Shown here in pieces: positions 38,743 to 51,521 of a stretch of 64,000 nt of DNA. The position numbers and the translations under genes are program-made. The notes under the pieces were generated by a model. It was given only the letters and a program-made list of their open reading frames with translations. It was not told where the DNA came from and made no database searches. Position 1 is the first letter of the stretch. The number at the start of each line of letters is the position of its first letter. The DNA comes from Tubulanus polymorphus. Taxonomy: Eukaryota > Animalia > Nemertea. The stretch covers positions 22,734,299-22,798,298 of the forward strand of contig NC_134025.1 in assembly GCF_964204645.1 (NCBI RefSeq), in the 5' to 3' direction.

Positions 38743-41700
38743 ATGGCCGCGTTACATCTGTTGATCATCCTAAGTATCTGTCGAGCGATAGCATGCACAG
38801 AAAGTAAGTCTTTTTTCAATTCTAATATCGAATAGAATGGGCGCATTTCTGAAAAAGATTTGACAGCAGAATTAGGTAAAGATGATTGAAAAAATTCGTT
38901 TTTCTCGGCGATTTTTTTTACTTGCAAGTCGCGTGAGTGCAATGGAATTTTACAAAAATGATTTACAAATGTTTGAAATTTCAATGAAATGAATATATAT
39001 ATATGTATGAATATTTTCGAAATTTCTTATGAATTGTTCACACATTGAGTTTGGGATATGTGCGAGACATAAAATTTTGTTTTAACGACCATATTACAGT
39101 TGATTAAATAATTAATTACAAATGAATTCGAAAATGATTGTCATACTTCCGAGATATTAAATTCAACACGCGTTCAACAACGTGTTCAAATATTGACAAC
39201 AACCGAACAACGAAAATTACACGCCTTTTGATTATAGCGAAACTCGAAAATTCAACGATTTTAACGATTCTCTCTGATTAAAGTTTGTCCCCTTGTTCAT
39301 TATTTATGATAATTGCTTCATTCGCGTCATCATAAGGCGTTTTCCTGTCTAACACTGTTTATTTAGAATATGAATTTCTGTGCAAAGTGATCTTTTGTCG
39401 AGCGATAGATTAACGAAATGAAGTATACTTGAACTTGATAGTTGAGAATAGCCTCACTATGTGGAGGATAGGTAAGAATTAAACCCACCACGTACACATT
39501 CAAGACATCAAGAAAAGAAAATTCTTTCATTGAATCAAAAATCGAGACTTGACGTGTCGGAATCTCTTTCTAGAAACTATCGTAAGGTGTTCAATACTTG
39601 AACTTCGCACGGGCGGATCCAGGGATTTAGAATAGGGGGACTTCCTTGGCCTCGTCGTATATACATTAGTACATGGGGAGCGAGAGCCTCAGGTGCACAG
39701 CCTAAAAGGGGCACTTAGTGAAAAATATGATCATTTTCTAGAATGAAAAATAAAACTATCACTCGATAATGTTATCTTGGCATTTAATAGAAGAATCCAC
39801 CCGTGCTTCGTTTGTGAAACGCCACTGATATACGTATGGACAATTCACATCGCTAGATTACGTTCTTTGCAAGCGATTTTTTTTTGTGGAACACTAAAAC
39901 TGTCGATAACAGTCCGACCTCAACCCGACACGTCCCTGCTCATAATCGTATTTATGCTTGACAAGTCGAGAGTCGCGGGGCGGAAATTACCCACCAATGT
40001 AGTGTTTATCTGAAACAAGCTTCAAATGGTAATTTGACGATCGGGACAGGTTTCAGGAATATCTGATGTCAAAATTTGAGTGTAAACAGACACTATTTAC
40101 CATGATTTCATTAATAAACCCTCCCTAAATATGACGAATGATTCCTTCTTGAGTGACTCCTATGTAAGAAACCCGTTTTTTATGAAGACGTTCCGGATGC
40201 ACATAGTGTTATACGTTTCATCTGTCGCGCGTGCGTGTTTGGGACATGGTCTCATAGGTTTCTATCGAAGGAATCTTTGATTCAATGTCTGGGGCTGCCA
40301 CCAGGAGGCGCTTAACAAAAATAAGGGGTACATTTTTTGTCGCAGTGTTCTCACTAACCGTTGACGATAATTTTACCATATTCAGTGTACTGGTTCGGGG
40401 CATGGCCCCATAGATTGCAATTGAAGGATATTGTAATAATATGTGCAGCACTGCCACCCGGGGTCACTAAGTACAAATACAAGTACGATTTTTGTCACAT
40501 TTTTCTCAGTTACCGTTTAAGATAATTTCATGAAACTGGGTACATTTCTTCGGTTCCAGAGGTTGCTATTTTAAGAGATTCTTGGTTTGTAGGATTGGTT
40601 TTGGGTTTTTTGATTTATCCGTAGCTGCAACCAGGGGACACCCAGTAAACATATTGGGTCGCATCGATCTCCGTAACCATTCAAGATAATTTCATGACAC
40701 TTTGTACACTTGTTTGGGACGTGGTCCCATAGGTTGCTTTCGAGGGAAATTGTGATACTATATCTTTTGCGGTCATTCCCCTTATGTTGGCAGGATTGCT
40801 AGATTTGCCAAGTAATACATGGAATCCAGACATCTAGTATAAAGTTAAAACTACGCAGTACTCCAACCGTACTACAAATATAGTTGCTGTTAGGAAACTG
40901 ATTCGGTTTACCAATTATCAACTTGTCGTAAATATCCAATCAAAGGAATAGGCTTGTTAATTTTATATCGCAAAAAAAATCATATTTGTCACAGTGAAAC
41001 ACGGGGTATTTACATCAACAAATCTGACAATACTTATATTAGTATTCATATATATCAATATCGGGTCATTAGATATTAATTCTAAACGGTCATTTCTAAG
41101 AAGAAAATTCTCTTCACCATTCGTCGGTTATCTACTTTTATTAGAATCCGATTACCTCCATCATCGTGGTTACATATGCAACGAAACGGGATATTCGACG
41201 TCATCAACATCAACGACGAATGCGACCGAGACACCACCGAACAACTCGACCGTCGAATCTTGTTCGCTCGACTGCTCAACGAACTCGAACTGTTTGGCTT
41301 TCGAGATAACCACACACGAAGCAGACGGGACCCAGTGCAGCTTTCGAGAGGAACCGTGTACAGATATCGTGCGGCTAGAAGGAACGGACATATTCTACAA
41401 ACGAAGTAATAATATCGACACCACCTTCTTTTTCAGGCAATATTGCATATACATGCTGTAATATTAGTAATATACAAAAAAATCACGAAACACGAATAAG
41501 TACTCTGTAAGATAGAGTTTCACACATTTCCGGTAATGTAACACTCGACTTCGCAAGCCTTTATTCCTAAAAAAAGATTCGCCATGAATAAATTAAACTG
41601 ACTATCTATGTGTAAACATTACCGCTCCTGTAACTTCTCCAAGGTCTGCTTCGTTTCGTGACTGGTAATATATGGGTATTGCGGGGCTTATTCGATTATC

Positions 41701-44700
41701 GTTGATGGTGTACATGTATTTCAGGCAAAAAGCCAATTTTCTAACATCTCGTTTCTAATTCAATTGCCTCTCATTTCAGACTTATCTTCGTCGAGTTTTT
41801 ATGAAGTACCGTTCGCGTGTCGCACTGCCCAATCGTCGACGGCCAATGACAGTGTGAATGGCTCACCGCTGGACCCATATCAGTGTCGAGACGCGTGCGT
41901 AAGCGACTCCGAGTGCCGTGCTTACGTTGTTAATGATGCACTTGAATTAGCTTGCACTCACATACACGATACAGAAATATTGGTCCATATGAATAAGTTG
42001 AACGTTGATATTTGTAATATTGCAATATCGTCAGGCAAGTGCGGCCTTTTAACGCATATTATAGTTATAATACGCACGATAAATAACGCTGAAAAGCTTC
42101 GACTAATTAATTGGGGTTTGCTTTCGAATTGTACTTAATAACTTCGACAGGCAATAATGACACGATAGTAAATGAATTTCAGATATTCGTTATCGTCTGA
42201 GGAACTTCGATAATGTCAGCGACGCGGAGCAGGAAGTTTTCACGTTTGAAGCAGCCGACATCGAAAACTGTTTTCGGCTATGTCGCGATCGTTCCGGCTG
42301 CGCGGCGTTTTCGTTTAACCACAGTACATTCGACTGTAAACTAAACTCTGTGTTCCTTCACTCTGGCTATGGTAAGTGTCGTTTGATGATCCCCGGAGAA
42401 ATATGTGGAGCCAACATGGAAAAACAATATGGTGGCTGATTCGGGCCATAGTAAAAAATTTTTCTGTACGGCTAAAGCAACGGTGATAAAAAAATTTCAC
42501 ATTGGCCCGCAATTCAAAACTTTTGGTTTTCTCGCGCGAGAAAACCAAAAGTTTCGAATTCTCGCGCGAGAAAACTTTTGAATTGTCGCGCAAAGAAAAC
42601 CAAAATGTTTTGAATTCTCGCGCGAGAAAACCAAAAGTTTTGAATTCTCGCGTGAGAAAACAAAAAAACGGGCCAATGTGAAAATTTTTTATCGTTGCTT
42701 TAACCGTACAGAAAAATTTCTTAGTATGGCCCGAATCAGCCACCATAAAAACAACACCAAAACTTTTAAAAAATATTGTTGCGAATGGACTGCAGGTTAT
42801 CATCACAAACGTTTAGAAATTTATGAAGGGTATATCTAGAGCTGGGGACTCTATAGTGTGTTAAAAGGGTTACAAGTATAACAGTCATCGGTATAGCTGT
42901 CAAATCGTAAATATTTTCGCATTTGAAATTGTCAGTTTTTATCGGTTACATTAAAAATGTATTCATTTTCCTCTCTCAGATGATGTGAGTGGGCACACGA
43001 TCTTTGCAATAAACTGTAATGAGGCATATTCTAACAATTCAATATTGCGTTTCGTAAACGCGCGGGATTGCGCTGAAATCTGTTTTTCCGATCGTCGCTG
43101 TTATGGTTTCGATTTTTCGATGTCTGAAAAAGCGTGTCGGTTCGTACGTCAAAAGCTGACGGGAACTCAACGAAACCAGAAAAATTCGACGTGTTTCGTT
43201 AAAGCCAGAGGTACGTTTACTTCCTGAAAGGGTACATAATAATCGATTCCAATTCCCTTTAAAACTATACATATACATAGGCGTCCTCAAGGGGGTGCGG
43301 GGGTAGCGGATGCACCCCCTTTTCGAGATAGCTAACTTCTCAAGTTACTTTGTAATCACTGTTCAAGATTTTTCTTGCCAATTATTTGACTAGTCTTTTA
43401 CCTCTAAATGATTCATTTGGGGCCTGGAAAACGTCTCTAAAGCCTCCAATTTTCAAAAAGTTTTTTTTTGGGGAGACCCACCAAACACCCGACATTATGC
43501 ATGGATGCTGGATTTATCTAATTCGAACCCCCTATGAAAATTCCTGGGGACGCCTATGATATATCAAGTGACCCGAAAAAGATTTATATAATTTTAAAGA
43601 AAATGAAACATTTTACAATAGTAAGGTTTGCCATTGATTGGGTGTATCTAAACCGTGCGACGTATCGCAGACGCGGACTGAAACTTGCGATCCGCGGTTC
43701 ATATCATCCTGAAGAACTTTTGAAAAGATGTTCGTTTAAATCTTTTGAATAAAACCTTACTGATACACGGTTATCTACGACAACAGCTTCCTCGTCCACT
43801 AATTATGAAAATTTCAGAAGTGGTCGACGTAGAATGTTAAAAAAACTGTAGCAAAATCGTCAAACGAACTACTTTTCTCTTTGATAACGAACCGAACTCT
43901 CAACTAATGGTTTCCCATGAAATATTGATTCAGTGGAAAGTCATATGCAATTTATTTCGTTCAGTGTAAACTCTAAAAGTGTAACATCAATATCGCGTGC
44001 GCGAACAAGCCAGAGAAAAATGCTATTTGCCAATACGCAGTTTATTTCGAATGTTTCCAATGTTTGATTGAGAAGTAAAACACGGTCTCCCGTGTCTTTA
44101 ATTCATAATTTATAGTCATGCCGCACTTTACAATTGGGGACTTATCCGAGGTATCGGCCTGTAACACGACATCACCGATAAACGACAGCAATACAGGGCA
44201 CCCCGAAACCCTGTTGACCAAAGATCTGGACGATTGTACCAACGAGTGCCTCATCAGTGATGTCTGTAATTGGTTTATTTACGATTTCAAAATGCTAACT
44301 TGTCGACCACAATACGACGATGAACCGTGCTTCGATGTTACGAATCATAACTCGACGATTATCTATGATAAAATCCGTACGTAGATTTTTCACAACGCCT
44401 TTATCACGCAGGGCGTAACGACGCCATACTGAATATAGAATTCCATTTGTTACATGCACCGTTTCTATTAGAAAATTCAGTGTCCATTACAAGCTGTGCA
44501 TGTAGCCCTAGTGCTCATCGTTTCCTGGTCTATGTAGCTCGATGAAAATTTTGAAAATGTACATGTACATGTCCCAAATTGTATTAATTTGTGTGTAAAT
44601 TTTTCTTCCATGGCAGAAATTTACGGCTATATGGTTCATGTTAACAAATTCTGCGACAGCTTATCCAAAGTGATGGACAATGTCGACTCGATTCTGCAAG

Positions 44701-47700
44701 CTATAGAAGTATGCGATAATTCTACTATCGCTGGTTGCCAAATGCTCGCAATAGACGGACATTCTAGGGTCAATTTTTCGGGTTCCGGCGCCGATGAGAA
44801 TTCACGTAGCTGCGACTCACTCGCTGTGAGAAAACGTAGCTATGTATACGAAAATACAGGTATGTACAACCAATTTTAGCAAACATTTGGGATATTTAGT
44901 ATTGCGAACTTGACTTAAACTGTTATGTTTTGCAAAAAAAATCGTATAGTTCTTAGAGTTTTAATGATTTTCCAATGATATAAACCAATTTCAAAACAAT
45001 GCAACTGCTACCGAAGACACTTTGCATTCATAAGAGAACATTCCATGTTTTCATCCGTTCTTTTCTTTGTGAATTTAAACCTAATCATTGGTTCGATTGA
45101 ATATGACTAGATTACCGATTTCCTTTTAATCTAATCACTTCAGAGCTGAACAACTTTACACTGTCCCGTAGGAAATGCATCGAGGGCAGCGATGGCGTGG
45201 AGGTGATGGCAAATAGGACCCTGAATTACTGTTCGTTGGAGTGTTCACGAAAGGCGGCGTGTGTCGGGTTTTTCTACGTCTGGCAATCTGCGGAATGTAG
45301 AATTATGTTAGCATCCATCAAATACGATGTGAGTGTTGCATCGAGCGATGTTTTGTGTTACCTCAAGATTCCAGGTAGTTATAGCGAGAAAACTAACTTT
45401 TAAGTTTACAGCAGATGCCTTGAAAAAAAATTTACTTAACATTGTCTTCAATAGATGATATAATATAAGATCATATGAAATAAACGATCAATGAAGTTAT
45501 TTTGAATTTGAATATATCGATAATGGAATTTAATTGACCGCCAACCAGTCTAGCCCCGATAAATTTAAGACATGGTGCATATCCTCTCATATTAATTATC
45601 AAAATTTATCAAATATAAAATGAGGGTTATCAAACATATTTGATCAAAATAAACGCTAAAAAATTCTATTTATAATTAGTCAGTAATAGTTATTTTGAAA
45701 CGTCAATATTGATGACGTAGTGCCCATCGACTCACACAGAACCCCTGAAATGACGCATATAGTAGTTTGTCTGTATCTGTGTTATTAATCTTAATTAAAT
45801 GATTATTCCTAATATCAATGTATATAAACATTATTGTAACGGTTTTTACGGGGTCAATATGTACACTATTTGGGCCTCATCATATCTCATCAACTCTCGA
45901 TGGCTTGAACACAAATTAGCATGACATCAATGCGCCTGAACCTCCCAAATAAATGTTCATGCTATTGTATTATCCTAATTTTCAAATGTAAACCTACATA
46001 AATTAACATTTCACGTCTTCGAGCGCAGTTAATGCTTTTTATTTTCGATATTAGAGATGCGGGGTGTGATTCCGAGACTAAACAGTGACTGCAATCTGAG
46101 CGCGTTCAAATTTCAAAAAGGTGTCGACACCAAAAGATGCTTTCAGCTTTGTAAAAATAATCTCGGATCGTGCATCGCGTTTTCGTGGAATGATGAATGG
46201 ACATGTAGACTACACAGAATGACATGCACCACAACCTCCCCCAGCAATCACGTACACTTCTTTGATTACTTGGGTAAAATTGTGTTTATCCGCTAAACCA
46301 ATGTTTCGATTTCGTTTAGAAATTAGATATAGACATGTTAGTGGCTCTATATCTGACGTATGTATATAATATGACGCCTTTTCAGAAAATGAATATACAC
46401 GAAGTCATCAGAATCATCGAATTTGTAAGAATAGCAGTTCAGTCGACGTAAACTTTACCAAAACCAATCCTTCTACGTTAAGTACCCAGTGCTCTGAGGA
46501 TATGTTATGTCAGTCGGTAGTTTTCCAGTTGACAAACGGAAGTACGATTATGGGTAAACAGATTAAGAACTCGTGTATGCCCGCTGATCTAGTCGAAGCA
46601 AATAATATATTTACACTCAACCTTTACCGTGAGTAACATCTAGATCTTACTTTTAATTCATTTTGATTTTTATGATAAGATTCATTGCTCATAAAATGTT
46701 TCGATTTCATTCATATTAGCTATATATGTATTCATAAAGTTTGAAAAAGTCATCAATTTGTAATAACTGATTGGTGAATATTACGTAATGTTAAGGTCTT
46801 CCGGAGTTTAAAGTGCGGAAAGGTATATGTCAAGATGCGGCACAGCAGATAACGCATGATAATGCGACGATATTTACTTGTGGTACGATGTGTGACAATC
46901 GTGTAGGATGCGGGATGATCGAATATACATACGCCGCATGGAGGTGCAAACTCATATTCAATACAACCGGGTGTCGGAAATTTTCGTCGAACGATAACGT
47001 TTTTCTCTACAGTAGAGGTATGAATACATGCATCCTCGCTTGCCAGGGTTTCATTGCCGCGTAAGCTCCAGCGGGCTGCAATCAAACACTAGCTAGCGAG
47101 GGCGGAATACGTGTAGAGTTAGAACCATTCATTTGCAATGGGTTCTATCTTAACCGACATCGGTGAAAAAGAAACTATTCTTCTCGAAAGTACCGATATA
47201 TAGCGTCCGAAGCTGTAATTCTAATATCTATCACTCTTCTGATTTAGATATCGACGACACGTGGCCAGTAACGATGAATTCGCAGTGTCCTGTCCAGCAC
47301 ACGGGAGTCCCACTGCAGGTCAAACGAAAATCATCTATCCTGGCGTGTAAAAACTTGTGCGCAACTAAGCCCAGCTGCCGGGCGTTCCTGTATAATACGC
47401 TAGATCTTGTCTGTTCCGTCTATTCGAAAACGTGTGCCGAACCAAAATCCATGACGCCCGGGGTGCATCTTTACGAGCGACTATGTAAGTGTAAAGGTCA
47501 GATTGAATAATTGCAAATAATATACCCCAGTGAATGTTACTTGTTCCTTATTAGGAGATGAATTCTCAATAAGTAACGGAATAAGGAATAAGGAACAAGT
47601 AATGAACTTTGTTACTTGTTCCTTATTGGGAGATGAATTCTCAATAAGTAACGGAATAAGGAATAAGGAACAAGTAATGAACTTCACTGGGGTAAATAAT

Positions 47701-50700
47701 ATCCCGAATTCAGCAATCGTTGACATATTTTAACAATAAGCTCAAACCACATTAGCCTATTAAATGATGATTCGACGGAGCTTTTGGGCTATTGTTGAGT
47801 AATGTAGCACTTTGAAATGCAGAAAATCATGTTTTATCAATAAAAATTATCATATCTACCAGAGGCCGATTTTATAGACTTTAGAATCTAAACCGGGGCT
47901 TACCTCAACCAGGCCCCAGTTCCACGCAGTTTGATTCAAATCAGTTCATTCTCAGTAAGTCAAATCAGAACTGTGGAACTGTGGGTCCAGTATATTCAAC
48001 CAGCCCCGCAGACTTCAGGTGTTCAGGATAACCTTTTTAGCTGTGGTCTATCCTACCGATTTTGAAACCATTGCGAATAGATCGTAACCTCTAACTTGTA
48101 GATATTCCCGGGTATATGTTTTACCGCAAAAATTGTGACGACGCTTTTCGCATCGCCGAATATCAGGAAGTCACGGTTCAGCAGTGCAGCGATTTTTGCG
48201 TTGAAAAATATGAAACGTGTAAAGCCATGGAGTATTCGTCACATAGTCGCAACTGTTCCCTATTCTCGAGTCCACAGTTAACGTCAACAAGTGAGAAAGG
48301 ACGATTTTGTTATTCCCGAGGTAAGAGAATAGTTAGCTCGATGATTGTTGTCAATATCATTTCATCGACATAAAGTGTAAAACTTTATGACTCCGGCATT
48401 TTTATGCGGTTGACACAGACATTATCAATTGATGGAATGACTCTTGGGAAATCTGCTGAAACATAAGATTCTTGTGAATTTACCGGGCGACTTTAAACCA
48501 TGGAATTGATTATGAAAATGATTTATGTTTTCTATTTCAGAAATCGCCAACTACTACTTGCGACCGATGGTGCAATGTGACCAACTTCCATCAGCTGCGA
48601 TCATAGCTAGGAAATGGAGATCGATGCTTCCCGATTGTAGAAAGAAATGCGACAGAAATACCCAATGCGTGACTTTCCAGTACAATCAGGCTACTCAACT
48701 TTGTCTGTTACTCGAGGAATCGTGTAACCAGGTGGCTAAGGATAATCATACGAATGTGTACGACAAAACAGGTAAACTAATTGACATTATTCCGGCGTGG
48801 TATAATGGGTTTCCAGGCTTGCAAACCCAGTTCTACGGTTGTGAGTTAGAGTTAACTCTCAGTTAAAATCAGTTCATTTTCAATGTTTTAACTCTATAGT
48901 CAAATTTAACTCACAACTGTGGAAATGGACCCTGGGGATTGTTTTAGAGGCTTTTGTGGGACACTGTTAATTTAGTAGAATAGTGGAATAAAGTTCTTCT
49001 ATGGTTGGTAGACAGTGGAGGTGGTGGAGTTGAAAAGCGAGGATTCACCATTTGAAATACTGGAAATGTAAGCCTTGGTGGCTATTTATCAAAATGTATT
49101 TGAAATATCATAAGTATTTGTATGGAACTAGGAAGATACGAGGTCACCGAAGATATTAACACTTTAATCTTTGTTAGGGGTAGAAGGATACTGGCGTATT
49201 CGCGATCAGAGTTGTCTGTCAATGAATGACGTCAATCATACGTCAGTTTCTCCTGATAACATGCGGAAGACGTGTAACCAAGATATAAGGTGTACCGATA
49301 TACAAGTTAATATTTCGATGTTAACATTTGATGGAATGTATGATGTGCATCAGCTGCAAGAGCCTTGTCCTCGAAGCTCTATGGTCGCTGATACGAAAAA
49401 CCACGTATATATGAAAATTGGTTAGTGTTTTGATTTTGTTCTTTTTTTCACGATGATTTTGATTCGAATCAATCGATTTGGTTCTCATGTATACCTGTAT
49501 CTTTTGAAATGAATAACGTACGTGTATGACATTCATCGCGCACACGGTGGCTAAATAAGGGAGGTCGCACATCATTTTTGTAAGCCGGTTCACGACGAAA
49601 AGAAATTGCATCCTCAAAAAACGATTGTTTTTTACTCCGCGTAAAACCAACGTTAAAGCTAAGCGGAATAAAAAACAATCGTTTCAAAAAAACCTGCAAA
49701 AACTGGCCCTTACTCAACGGACAGTTTTTACAGGTTTTTTTGAAAACATTTTTTTCATTTTTCGTCGATTTTACGGGTTATTCATTGATTCTACATAGTT
49801 TCTGTGCCACGCTACTATTCCATTGTTTTAACGTCGCGTAAAGACAATTGGAACATGATGTCCCTGAATTAGCCACCATAGTCGGATTCCTAACGTAAAT
49901 CCGCTATTTTCATCGTCTTTTGCGCATTGTAGTCTTTCCTGAACTCACCCTCTAGCGTTCCAAGCGTTCTTATCGTTGGATTTGTAAAAATAGATTGACT
50001 GCAATTAATGGTTATATTTCACCAGATCACAGTGGATTCCTATTAAAAACTAATTCCAAATGTAGAAATGGTGTGATCTACAGAACGATTTCGAGATCAT
50101 CCGTGGCCGCCTGCGCCGAAAATTGCACCTCCTGGTGTCTGGCATTTCAGATCGATCAAGCAACTCTGACTTGTCAACTTCTTCAGAGCTGCTCGTCTGT
50201 AACAGAAATGAGCGGCAAAATGTTCTATACTAAAGGTAAAATGCCTGAACCAAACAAAACATCATCAATTTTCCGTATATCTGATCTGAATCAGTTATCA
50301 TCAATACCCTTGCCACTTCAAATGGATTCGAACTAGGCGTGGGTTAAAAGTTTTATTCAAAAAATGATAGTTTACACTATGGTTGTTATTCGTATACACT
50401 TCGTGTATATACAAAGATTGATAAGACACTATATCCGCGTTGTGACGATAGTGTGAAGAGAATCCCACAATAATGAAGAAAATTAAGTACGAAAATGTTT
50501 CCTTTAGCTAGTGGTTTATTCAACGTTTCAACTATATCCTAATAGTCATGTTCAGGAATATTGTATTCCTTGAGCAAGTAGTTTATTCAACGTTTCAACT
50601 ATATCATAATAGTCATCTTCAGGAATGCAATATTCCTGAAGTAGTTCCCCTGAAAAGTATTCCTGAAGATGACTTTAAGAATATCGTTGAAACGTTGAAT

Positions 50701-51029
50701 AAACTATACTAGCTCAAGGAAACATTTTCGGACTTGTTTTTCTTCATTATTGTTCGTTGTAATATTATGCTTAATACCAACTCGCATTGATATTTTCACA
50801 GAGGTGAATGATCTCCTAATCACAAACAATACCTGTGTAGCTGACAACTTTACACACCGGGCCGACTACAGCTTATGGAAATGTTCGAATAAGTGCATCA
50901 GAAGCGATTCGTGCTCGGCGTTTAGATACGACCATATTCATTTTAGCTGTAGTCTTTTACTCTCAAACGTGTCCAGTCTGAATATGTTTGATCCCGCATC
51001 CAGTGTTTCTTGTTATATAAAAATCGAAG
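38743..51029 (+). CDS. Secreted multi-PAN/Apple-like-domain protein A (signal exon + 16 module exons; terminal exon uncertain)
   Basis: Signal exon 38743-38803 (MAALHLLIILSICRAIACTE, phase-1 donor). Phase-1/1 exons 41145-41405, 41780-42034, 42183-42371, 42980-43210, 44116-44376, 44617-44859, 45144-45374, 46055-46273, 46386-46628, 46796-47017, 47248-47484, 48102-48320, 48541-48771, 49178-49420, 50026-50235, 50802-51029. Most have the C-x3-C-x5/6-C-x2-F-x-Y...C pattern; several are variants with fewer Cys. Possible micro-exons 39442-39471 and 51151-51171 and last exon 51252-51307. Confidence 0.78.
40176..40838 (+). mobile_element. Helentron/HINE-like non-autonomous element with internal ~160-bp repeats
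   Basis: Starts after a T-run and ends CATCTAGT; three diverged units containing TCTC..T.ACC.TT...GATAATTT at ~40348, 40503 and 40669. Confidence 0.5.
42430..42745. mobile_element. MITE subfamily A, in an intron of PAN gene A
   Basis: Perfect TIRs, TA flanks, about five internal TCTCGCGCGAGA units. Confidence 0.88.
43276..43558. mobile_element. hAT-like MITE
   Basis: 11-bp TIR CATAGGCGTCC / GGACGCCTATG with a G-rich subterminal hairpin; no clean TSD. Confidence 0.6.
47525..47692. repeat. Palindromic element with a 75-bp internal tandem duplication
   Basis: Ends CCCCAGTGAA / TTCACTGGGG flanked by TA; units 47535-47609 and 47610-47684 differ at one base. Confidence 0.8.
47912..47990. mobile_element. 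Short Harbinger-like MITE remnant (related copy ~48825-48932)
   Basis: CCCAGTTC(C/T)AC ... ACTGTGGAA termini and shared AAATCAGTTCATT interior in both copies. Confidence 0.5.
49546..49878. mobile_element. MITE related to subfamily B
   Basis: GGTGGCTAAATAAGGGA ... TCCCTGAATTAGCCACC termini; interior AAAACCAACGTTAAA. Confidence 0.65.
50584..50627 (-). ncRNA. Minimal type I hammerhead ribozyme motif
   Basis: Reverse complement reads CATTC CTGAAGA T GACTA ttatgata TAGTT GAA ACGT T GAATA. Confidence 0.6.
50658..50701 (+). ncRNA. Minimal type I hammerhead ribozyme motif
   Basis: TATTC (stem I) CTGAAGA T GAC...GTT (stem II) GAA ACGT (palindromic stem III) T GAATA (stem I complement). Confidence 0.6.
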
Positions 51030-51521
51030 GTAAGACGCGTGTTCGTAGCAACCAATCGTTTACAACTGTTTTATTCTCTTCGTTTGTGCAATTAATGGTA
51101 TCTAAATTGGAATCGGCCAACAGTAGCATCTCAGGTAGGTCCATTTTCAGTCGCACGGTATCCATCGATAGGTAAGTACCGTATATACAGCGATCCAGAA
51201 AAACTGTTGCGATATCGTTTTGTTTTAATCTTTACTTACTTACTCTGTCAGAATTTTACACCTATAGATACTGCCTAGAACACGCTAAAGCGAAAAGGGA
51301 GAAATAGCAAAACAATATATTTTACTAAATTAACTTACCATTTTATTGTTGAAACGACCGATAGTAGTCCTTCTGAACCATACAATTTAAATGAAAATAC
51401 TTACCCCGACACATAACTTGTTGAAAAGGTGTAAAGAAATACTATGCTCTTATGGTAAACATCGTAAAAGGAGGATATTTTCAATGACATCAAACGAATA
51501 TCAAACGTTATTAACACTTAC

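Larger units (their letters stand above)
50468..50752. mobile_element. Fold-back element carrying three minimal type I hammerhead motifs (Penelope/retrozyme-like)
   Basis: Inverted ends CAATAATGAAGAAAA / TTTTCTTCATTATTG; motifs at 50517-50560 (-), 50584-50627 (-) and 50658-50701 (+). Confidence 0.7.
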
